Source of the DNA: Octopus sinensis
Taxonomy: Eukaryota
DNA: 64,000 nucleotides
Assembly (NCBI RefSeq): GCF_006345805.1
Contig: NC_043010.1
Coordinates: forward strand, 63,426,001 to 63,490,000
Reading direction: 5' to 3'
The translations under genes were made by a program, and so were the position numbers. Position 1 is the stretch's first letter. Every line of letters begins with the position of its first letter. A model generated the notes under the pieces. The model worked only from the letters and a program-made list of their open reading frames with translations, was not told the origin of the DNA and did no database searches. This document shows, piece by piece, positions 13,643-24,994 of the stretch.

Positions 13643-13904
13643 GAGTGTGTGTGTGTGAATATATATATATATATATGCACACACAAACACATACATTTAT
13701 GCTTGTAGCTTGATGTGTTTACATCCCATTACTTAGCAGTTCAACAAAAGAAACCAATAAAATAAATACCAAGCTTTAAAAGAAAATAAGAAGACTCGCG
13801 TTGATTCATTCAACTAAAATTCTTCTAGGTGCTGCCCCAGCATGGCCACAATCTGTGTGTTACATAGAAATCTGTATGTGTTGTATATAAATATATATTA
13901 TATG

Positions 13905-14570
<666 letters not shown>

Positions 14571-14791
14571 CTATATGTGTGTGTGTGTGTATGTTTAAAA
14601 CCACACACACACACATACACCCACACACACACAAAGAAACACACAAAAAGACCTTTGGATGCTAAATATTAATTTATATTAAATTCACATGTAAACGAAA
14701 TCAATGCAGTTGTAAATATGATAGAATCCTACATAGAACTGGAACAACACCACAACTTACACAGACACACAAACACACAGCCTCATTGCAG

Positions 14792-14833
<42 letters not shown>

Positions 14834-15136
14834 TACACAAAGAATGGCATTCCTTGTTTTAAAGACTTCAATTCTGAGAAGGGATTTAAAATGTCCAGTT
14901 TTTCAGATTGTTAGTGAAGTAGGGCACAAGAGATAGGGGAGAAGGCAAGAGGCAAAGAAAGAAAGCGAAGGGATGGTATTGAAGTAAGGGAAGATAAGGG
15001 GGCTATGGGGAAGTTTGGAATCTGTGCTACTGCTTCAGCTGCTGCTGGTGCTGGGGCGATATTAATAGATGGGTGGAGTCCCTTTGTCAGGGGAGACAAG
15101 GATGTATGAAGGGATTGCACTACCTCTCCATATATG

Positions 15137-15172
<36 letters not shown>

Positions 15173-15264
15173 TTTCTACACTTGTTCAAAATTCAGGGGC
15201 CCCATGCCTTAAATAGGAATGTATCCTGTGTATAACTGTGTATACATACATTTTTACATTGTAT

Positions 15265-16065
15265 CGTTTTTTTTTTTTGTTTTCAATCATTTGACTATGG
15301 CCATGATGGAGCATTTCCTTGAAGAACTTATAGTCAACTGAATCAAACCAAGTGCTTTGTTTTCTTTTTTTTTGTTTAAAGCCTATCAGTCTGTTTTGCC
15401 TAACTGCTAAGTTATGTGGGATGTAAACACACCAACACCGGTTGTCAAGCAGTAGTGGTGGGGAGACGAACAAAGATATACATTATATATATTAGGGAGA
15501 ATTCACAAAAAAAACAAAAGCCAAGGACAGGTGGTGTAGACAACAAACGGATGTATTAGTTTAACACTTGGGAAGTGAAAAAGTCTTTAACGTTTCGAGC
15601 CTATGCTCTTCCACAGAAAGAAACAAGGAGAGTAAATAAAGAATGTGTAGTGGCTAGCTATCTATTTTTTATTAATTCCTCTTATTTTATAATTAACCTG
15701 AGGTCTTTTTTAATATTCTTTCACTAGCCTGCTTTCAGCCATGTGTATATTTATCTGGAGTTTTTGGTAGTTTTTTGAAGGTCTCGGCACCTCGAGCATG
15801 CTGGAGATAGGTTGCTTTCGCCTTTGCTCCCTTGATATAATTATATACATATGTATATTATTATTAATTTAATATATATATATATTTATACATACAATAG
15901 GCTTCTTTCTATTTCTCTCTATCAAATCCTCACACGAAGCTTTGGTTGACCCGGGGCCATAGTAGAAGACACTTGCCTAAGGTGCCATGCAGTGGGACTG
16001 AACCCAGAACTACGTGGTTGGGAAACAAACTTCAAGCTTCTTACCACACAGCCATGCCTGTACCT
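15265..16065 (-). mobile_element. SINE group A copy split by a hammerhead-bearing insertion
   Basis: 3' half at 15265-15475 and 5' half at 15895-16065. About 400 bp of unrelated sequence lies in the TA tract between them, including a hammerhead-like motif at 15584-15621. Confidence 0.65.
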
Positions 16066-16114
16066 ATGCATATGTATTTATTTGCCACACGCGTATATAC
16101 CTGTATATATAAGC

Positions 16115-16147
<33 letters not shown>

Positions 16148-16396
16148 AACACATTATTATTATCAAAGGCAGCAAGCTGGCAGAATCATTAGCATGCTGG
16201 AGCAACACGCTTAGTGGTACTTTACCTGCCTCTATGTTCTTAGTCCAAGTTCTGTTGTGGTCGACTGCCTGTCATCCTTTTGGGATTGATAAATTAAGTA
16301 CCTGTGTAACACTGCGGCTTGATGTAATCTCCTCCCACCAGATTTTAGGCCTTGTGTGTTTAGTATAAAGGATTATTATTATTATTATTATTATTG

Positions 16397-16674
16397 CCTT
16401 TGCACAGCTTCTATCGCTGGAGATGTACTATGGTGTCAGCTGTTCACTACCAGTGACACCTCTTATTTTTCGAGCACCTTCCGTAGTATTCGAGCGGTTC
16501 CAAGCAGTGCTATTTTCTGCAAGTGCTCCACCCTTATTGCAGCCCCTATTTGTTCCACGTACTTCTCAAGATTTTTGCTCACTGTTTCCTGGGCTCCACC
16601 AATTATTGGTACTACTACCACCTTTTTCATCAACCACAACTGCTTAACCTCCCAAGCTAACCTGTCATATCTCT
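16397..16674 (-). mobile_element. 5'-truncated R4/Dong-clade non-LTR retrotransposon (RLE-type C-terminus) in a (TAA)n tract
   Basis: Minus strand 16672-16463 reads RYDRLAWEVKQLWLMKKVVVVPIIGGAQETVSKNLEKY...LQKIALLGTARILRKVLEK*; (ATT)n on both sides. Confidence 0.8.
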
Positions 16675-16675
16675 A

Positions 16676-16716
<41 letters not shown>

Positions 16717-16908
16717 CATTATTATTATTCAAAATGCTTAGCAGTATTTTGTCTGCTGCTATGTTCTGAGTTCAAATTTCACCGAGGTTGACTTTGCCTT
16801 TCATCCTTTTGGGGTTGATAAATTAAGTACCAGTGGAATACTGGGTTCGATGTTATCAACTAGTCCCCTCCCGCAAAATTTCAAGGCCTTGTGCCTTCAG
16901 TAGAAAGG

Positions 16909-16941
<33 letters not shown>

Positions 16942-19099
16942 GTTGTTTTGCTTAGGCATAGCAATTCTAGTAACCGTGGTTTAGAACCCAATGTATTGAA
17001 TAGGCTTCAGATCAAAGCCTCAGTCAAGTTAAGAGCAATAATAATGGCCAAGGAACAAGAAGTTAAGTCCAGAAGTTCATGAGAAAATTTCTTATTGCTT
17101 TGTCATTTTGGTTTCTGATATTATTTTTATCGTTTGTTTTTTACTTGTTGCATTCATTAGGCTCTGGCCATGCCGAGGGTACCAACTTGAAGAATCTGTC
17201 GAAAGAATCGAACCCTGTACTATTTTTTTTTTAAAGCCTGGTACTTATTGTATTAGTTTTTGGGGCTGAACTGATGAGGTACAGGGACGTAAACGTACCA
17301 ACACCGGGTGGGGGGGCACAAACACATACATGCACAATGGACTTCCACTCTGTCTTCATCTATGAATTCCATTCTTGAGGCTTTAGTAGAAAACATTTGC
17401 CAAAGAGAGTTCGAGTAGAATAGAACCTGAAACCACATGGTTACAAAGAGAGTTCTCTACCCACACGGCCCAGCTAGCACTTAGACACACATATACATCT
17501 GTTTATTATGATCTCTACCTCTGTGTGTTTATATGTATGTTTGTGTTTGTATACCTGTGTGTGTGTGTATATTTATGTGTGTCTGTGTTTCAACACTCGG
17601 CGGCCAATGTTGGTTCACATCTCTAACTCAGCGGTTCGGCTAGGATAGAGTAATAGAATATGTTCTACAATATGTACTGGCGTCGATTTCATGACGGTGT
17701 CCCAGTCCTACAATTGTCCTATGACAGAAACAAGCTCGAAAAAAAAAAAGTTTATATTATTATAGAAACTAGATTTTCGTTTCGGACTAGACTTAGCATT
17801 ACAGAAAGTCAACTATTTTTTGCATATTGTGTATTGTCAATGAATGACACAGACGACCGTCAATGTATGGTTCACAGAGCAAATGACAGCTGACGATGTC
17901 GTCTGCTCATCGACCTTCTGGAAAATGTGTCAAAAAGCAGCTGAAAAATAGTTACTAAAAAAAAAATTCTAGAAGCTGTTTCAATAAAGATTCCGTATTG
18001 AACCGAATGCCATTTAATGATAGATATATATACGTTTTCTGATTTTGCCCTGAGGAAATATGTAAGCTTTTGACACGTGTTCGTGTGAGGGTAAAAGGTG
18101 AAAAATGTCGATTCTGTTGGAATACAGAACAGGTGGAAGGGAGATAACTGCTGTCGTCTCGAAAGAGATTTTTCAGACGTTATGTGTGTATATACGTGTG
18201 TATGTATATATTCTATGTAAATGCACTGGTGTAATATGTATGTGCATGTATTTATATATGTATATATGTGTGTGTATGTAGACGCAGGAGTGGCTGTGTG
18301 GTAAGTAGCTTGCTTACCAACCACCTGGTTCCGGGTTCAGTCCCATTGCGTGGCACCTTGGGCAAGTATCTTTTACTATAGCCTTGAGCCAACCAAAGCT
18401 TTGTGAGTGGATTTGGCAGACGGAAACTGAAAGAAGCCCACCGCATATATATATATGTGTGTGTGTATGTGTGCCTGTATTTGTCCCCCCAACATCACTT
18501 GAGAAACCGATAGTGGTTCGGCAAAAAAGTGACTGATAGAATAAGTACTAGGCTTACAAAGAATAAGCCCTGGGGTCAATTTGCTCGACTAAAAGGCGGT
18601 GCCCCAAGTAAAAGAATAAAAGAATATATGTGTATGTTTAATTATATGCACACACACACGTACATACATACATAGATAGGTAGATAGACATAATTATGCA
18701 TACAAAATAAATGTCATAACAATAATCTGTTTACTAGCAGATCATTGTGATGATACTCTGATATATATATACATACATACATATGTATGCATGTGTACAT
18801 ATATCACAGTATCAAGCATTTATATACACACGTTTGTGTGTATAGCAATCATCCAGTCCATGCTGTAAAGTGGTTGGTGTTAGGAAGAGCATCCGGCCAG
18901 TAAAGCCCTCATGCAGTCCTCTGGCTAGCCAGCTCCCGTCCAACCCACACCTGCATGGAAAATGAACATTAAATGATGATGATGATAATGATGTGTCTGT
19001 GTGTGTGGTGAATCTGCATGGAAACAGGATTGAGTTCTTTGATCAAGTCAATTATCTGCCCCTGAATTAATATGTTAGTGGCTGAACATTCCACTAACA

Positions 19100-19482
19100 T
19101 CATCATCATCATTGTTTAACGTCCGCTTTCCATGTTAGCATGGGTTGGATGGTTTGACTGGGGTCTGGGAAGCCAGGGGGCTGCACCAGGCTCCAGTATG
19201 ATCTGGCAAAGTTTCTACAGCTGGATGCCCTTCCTAACACCAACCATTCTGTGAGTGTAGTGGGTGCTTTTTACGTTCCACCGGCACAGGTGCCAGGCGA
19301 GGCGGGCAACGGCCATGATCGGTTGGTGCTTTTTATCGGCACAGAAGCCAGTCGAGGTGGCGCTGGCAACGGCCATGTTCGGATGGTTCTTTTACGTGCC
19401 ACCGGCACTGGTGTCACAACTATAATTTCCATTGATTTTTGATCGATTTCGATTTCACTTGCCTCAACAGGTTTTCGCAAGC
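19100..19482 (-). mobile_element. RTE-X-like 3'UTR fragment with (GAT)n tail
   Basis: Same family as 8600-8815. Other copies at ~1550-1690, 1940-2072, 3620-3880, 10960-11188, 37270-37500, 57225-57330, 59055-59215 (all -) and 18850-18990, 41470-41772 (+). Confidence 0.75.
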
Positions 19483-20282
19483 AGTACCACTAATATAATT
19501 TTAGGATAGGATCAGCTTGACACTGTGTAACAAGACTGTACCTTTTCCAGCTACAGGTGTGCAGTCCATCCAATGGGCTTCTGTATAGTTTCCATACCTG
19601 CAACTTCACTCACAAGTTACAGGAGTGAAAAATGTCCTTCTTCACTGTATCCATCTTTAGTTCAGTTGGTAGGGTGAGGTTTAAGAGAGATTTAGTTTCA
19701 ACTTTTAGCAGGTCAGTTGACTGCATAAAGTTGGGGTGGATGGGGATCTGTTTTAGTTTTAAGGACCAACTGCCAGTGTATAAGAATTTGGGGTGGGGCA
19801 GGGCGTCTGTGATAAGAGAAAATAAGAAATCCCTAATTACATTAATTTATTAAGTATGTATGTACTTCGATATTTTTAAGGCAGCAGGCTGAAAAAATTG
19901 TTGGCATTTTGGGAAAAATGGTTCACAGCATTTCTTCTGTGTTAATGGTCATGAGTTCAAATTCTGCTGAGCTCAACTCTGTCTTTCATCCTTGATAAAA
20001 AGGTTGATAAAATAAGTACTAGTTGAGCACTGGGGTTGATGTGATCAACTTGTCCCTTCCTCCAGAATTGCTGGCCTTGTGCCAAAATTTGAAACCAATA
20101 TTTTTAAGGTTTAAATTCTATGTTTTTCTTTCTGATTCTTTAGAAACTTCATTGGCCAACTTTTGGCCGACATGTGCCATGTTAGATCACTAATGGTTTT
20201 ATTTCTTTCTAAGGTGTAATTGTGTGATTTCTTTATGCCTTTGTCAGCAGACTTTGATTTCAGTGAACAAATAATTCTAAAA

Positions 20283-20328
20283 ACACACACACAGACGCAC
20301 ACACACACAGACGCACACACACAGACAG

Positions 20329-20366
<38 letters not shown>

Positions 20367-20522
20367 ACAGGCACACACAGACACACACACACACAGACAC
20401 ACACAGACACACACACACAGATACGCACACACAGACACGCACATACACAGACACACACACACAGACACACACACACACACACATTACTTCACTCTCTCAC
20501 ACACTCACACACACACACACAC
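20283..20522. repeat. Compound (CA)n/(CAGA)n microsatellite
   Basis: Direct reading of the sequence. Confidence 0.95.
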
Positions 20523-21195
20523 ATTACTTCACTCTCTAATATATTTCCTTTGTTGTTATGTTTCAGATTCCCTGGCTCCGAGTGTTACTTCTGTAGACGT
20601 CCTCCACGTCCTCTCTTCTCTAACAGTCTCAGAAAAGAGAAAAAAAAAGAACAAAAACAACGGCATCGACAACAGGAACAACAACAGCAACCTTCTTTGT
20701 TTGCAAGAATGAATTTAAAATCTCATTCTTCTTCCTATTGTTATCATCCTGTAACTTAAAGCTTTTTAATCCATATTGTCATTTGAAACACCTGATCATC
20801 TGATATAGATACATACACACACACACACATATATATATGTATATATATATATACTTGTATACTCATCGAGGGATTGCTTGTTCATTTTCTCTCAGCTTCA
20901 CCAGAAGCTTTTCCCTTTAAACAGAAAGATACTTTGTTTTTTTTTGTATCATATTTTCCTTCCTCACTTTTAGTTTTTCTTGTTTCATTAAGGTCTGTAT
21001 TTGAGGGTTTATGAGTGGAAATCATGTCAAGGTGACTCAGACTAAACAAAGACTTGTATATACATTTATACACACATACACACGCACACATATATATATA
21101 TTCCCTAAGGAATATTCTGGGACAATTAACTTACAGTCGTAGCACTTTCACTCCACCACTAGTGTTGAGTTGGCCGTTCCAAGAACTGTCCAATT

Positions 21196-23246
21196 ATGTA
21201 TCCGATACAACCAGTTTTTCCGATGAACTTCAACACCCCTTCTGGCTTCTATGGTCAGCCGATCTACAACCCTGGCTGCCATTTAAAAGTCCCTGATAAG
21301 TCACAGATTATGAACATCCTCGACAAGAACAACGACTTGTTGTGGAAAGACTTCAGTCCAGCAAACGGTGCCAACGATGCCACCAGCGGAAGCCACGGTG
21401 TGGACAACAACAGTGGAAATAACAACATGTGCATGAATAACAGTGGTGCCGCTTCAACGTGCAGCAGCCCTGGCAACAATGCTGGTGGTGGTGGTGGTGG
21501 TGGTGGTGGTGGTGGCGGCGCTGGTGGTGGAGCTGGTGGTGGTGGTGGTGGTGGTGGTGGTAATAGTGGTGGTGATGGTAGTAGTGGTGGCAGCACCAAC
21601 GACAACAACCAACAAGATGGAGACAGCATGCGAAACAGTCAAGGTGGAAACGAGAAATCTTTCTTTTGTACATTTTGTAAGAAAGGATTCACCAACCAGT
21701 TCTTCCTGAAGAACCACGAACTCACACACACAGGCGTTCGACCATTTGACTGCAATTCTTGTGACAAAGCCTTTACGCAGAAAATCAATCTCAAAAACCA
21801 TTTAAGGACCCATTCAGGGGAGAAACCTTTTCAGTGTTCCCTTTGTCCAAAGGCCTTCAGTCAACAAGGTAATCTCAAACTCCATCTCAGAACTCATACG
21901 GGAGAGAAACCATATTCTTGTGAAGTCTGCGGTAAAAGTTTCTCCCAAAAAATCAATTTGACTTACCACAACCGTATTCACACTGGAGACCTTCTCTATT
22001 GTCAGTTCTGCAAGAAACCATTTTCTAACGAGTTCTTCCTCAAAATACACGAACGTATACATACGGGCGAGAAACCTTTTCATTGCCATTTCTGCAACAA
22101 GTGTTTCTCACAAGAGACAAACTTGAAGAATCATCTGCGAACTCACACTGGCGAACGACCATTTTCCTGTAGTGTTTGTTCGAAGGCTTTTAGCCAGAGA
22201 GGTAATCTAAAGCTCCATCTTAGAACTCATACAGGTGAGAAACCATTTGCCTGTGATGTATGCGGTAAAGCCTTTTCCCAGAAAGTAAATCTAAGCGACC
22301 ACAAAAGGCTTCACACTGGAGACCTGTTCTATTGCAGTTACTGCAAGAAACCGTTTTGCAATCAATTTTTTCTGAAGATTCATGAGCGGACGCACACGGG
22401 CGAACTTTACAAATGTACATTTTGTCCGAAAGATTTCACCCTTTTGATCAACCTGAAGAACCACCTGAGGACCCATACGGGGGAGAAACCATTCCATTGC
22501 AGTATGTGTTCAAAGTCTTTTAGTCAGCAAGGAAATCTTAAGTTACACATGAGGACTCACACGGGGGAAAAACCGTTCAAGTGTGACCTTTGTGACAAGT
22601 GCTTCTCCCAAAAAACTAATCTTGAAAATCACCAGCGTGTCCACACTGGACAATTGTTTAAATGTGACTATTGCACCAAAGAGTTTACTTTGCAAATTAG
22701 CCTGAAAAACCACATCCGGGTCCACACGGGAGAGAAACCTTTCCATTGCAGCTATTGTAACAAGCTCTTCTCACAGCGAACCGAATGGCGTAACCACGAG
22801 CGGACCCACACGGGGGAAAAACCATTCCAATGTCAGATTTGTTCGAAGGCTTTTTCTCAAGCTGGAAACTTGAAGTTACACATGAGGACACACACAGGCG
22901 AGAAGCCGTTCAAGTGCGACACATGCAACAAGTCGTTCTCGCAGCGAGCCAACCTGAACAACCACAAAAGGACTCGAACGGGCTGTGAGCTCTTCACCAA
23001 GCAGCCGCCGTTGGCCTCCACTGCTTCGTCATCCGCTTCTCATGGCTGCATGATGTACCCCAAGGACTCCAACCTCTCGCCTCCGATGCCAGGTTCGGAC
23101 CCTCTCCCTGTGATGGGGTCGTCCATGATGATGCCCTCCGAAGACAAGAATGATGGTGACAACCATCAGCATCACGAAAAGAGCGCTTTGTCCTCAGCTT
23201 CTCAGACATCCACGTATAACTGTGATACGAGTGCGTCGAAACCTCA

Positions 23247-23299
<53 letters not shown>

Positions 23300-23652
23300 A
23301 ACACCAACAACAACAGCAAGCTCATCAGTCTGCCATGTTATCATCAAATTCCAACAAGCACAACATGAAAACCAACAAGCACCATCAAGAACATTTACCA
23401 CCAAATTCCCACATGGGACGGTCAGAGCAACACCTTCATCCAAACCAACAAGATACCCAGGGTGGAATGCGACTGCACCCTTCGAACCTGTCTCGGTTTA
23501 ATTCCGCTGCATATCTGCATGAGATGTCGCAGAACTGGGAGACCAACTACCTCTGGCCCAGAGGGTACCCTATGCCCACACTGCTTGGCTCCAGCTGGCC
23601 AAACATGCCTACATCTTACTCTAGCGGCAAACATGGTAAACAGAACTCGTGA
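21196..23652 (+). CDS. Multi-C2H2 zinc-finger protein (ZNF-A), 818 aa, 16 fingers, single coding exon
   Basis: Uninterrupted ORF with 16 C-x2-C-x12-H-x3-H repeats and TGEKP linkers; the last finger has H->R. Poly-Gly lies N-terminal and poly-Gln C-terminal. An in-frame TGA at 21166 supports the ATG at 21196. A likely acceptor (ttaacttacag) ends at 21136. Confidence 0.95.
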
Positions 23653-24842
23653 GCCAGCCTGCAGACTCTGTTCGGACTCTCTACGGATTCCGTTGGGAAT
23701 CTCTTGCATCCAAACCGATACATGTGACACGAGGACTTGTAACATTTCTTAAGACATGTCTTAAGTTGTCTTATTAATCGTTAGCCACATGTCATCTCCA
23801 AGCTGACAGAACTTACCAACGGCTGTTCAACTAACTTCCTCAAACATGTCAGGCTCTTTACGATCTGTTTGTCAGGTTTCTGTGGAATTTTTCAGGTCAA
23901 TTGGCAAAAATTCATTTTTGTATTTAAAAGAAGAAAAAATCAAGAACAAAACAAGAAGAAGAAAATAACCGAAAAGAACTGGATTGTGATGGTGCAAACA
24001 AAGGAAAACAATAGTGAGTCACATTGTAAAATTTGACATTGAAAACTTTTCAGGGATCCTCTTCCTAAGAATTTATTTCTGGATCCTTGTACGTCGAGTG
24101 TTCAAATTTCACCGGAATCCACTTTGCCTGTGTCATCGTCTTTCAGGGATTGATATTAAAACAAAAACAAAACAAAAGTACCAGTCATATGCTGGGGCCA
24201 GTTTTAATTGAATGCACCCCCCCACCACCACCAACTATAAATCTCTGGCTTTTCTCAATCTAAGAAATCATTATGACAATGATGATGATGATTATTATTG
24301 TTACTACTATTAAAATATCCCTTAGCAGTTCAAATATCAGAAAGCACTGGATCACTCCCCCCTGACATTTATGCTACCATATAATCCCCCCCTCTATATA
24401 TGCATACACACACACACATATAAATACTTTGTATGTATATATATATATATAGACATATATACAGATATATATATATATATATATTGCTTTAAAATATAGT
24501 GATGATCACTGAATAAAACGCTCTCTCTCACACACACACACATGCTCTGACAGACGCAGTATTCATATCTTGAGAACTTATGATGAAATGCAACACTCAA
24601 ATGTTGGACAACACCAGCCTCACCCAATTAACACACACACACCTACCATCATTGGTTTTATGTCTACCTTTCAGTGCTTGCATGAGTCAGACAAGACTCC
24701 TTTGGAGCAGAGTCATGCATACATACATATATACATATATATATATAAGTTCAGCAAAAATTTAGATTCAGATGAATATGGTACTTAAGTTAAAGGCACC
24801 AGAATTTTGTATGGTATTATCCATATATATCCATGGGGTGAT

Positions 24843-24994
24843 TATAATCAAAATAAGCAACAAGGATATTCGAGGTAATGTGGTACAATTGTTTCATGCT
24901 ACTTCATTTTATGTTTTATGTTTAATAAAATGAAGTAGCATGAAACAATTGTACCACATTACCTTGGATATCCTTGTTGCTTATTTTGATTATA
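24843..24994. mobile_element. ~150-bp hairpin MITE downstream of ZNF-A
   Basis: 70-bp arms with 2 mismatches, 12-nt loop, TA at both ends. Confidence 0.75.

Noticed and set aside
17885-17945. CTGACGA...GTCG/CGAC...GAAA hammerhead-like string
   Set aside because: Six extra bases before GAAA and no stem I. Strings at ~55979 and ~58495 were rejected for a too-short stem II or missing core.
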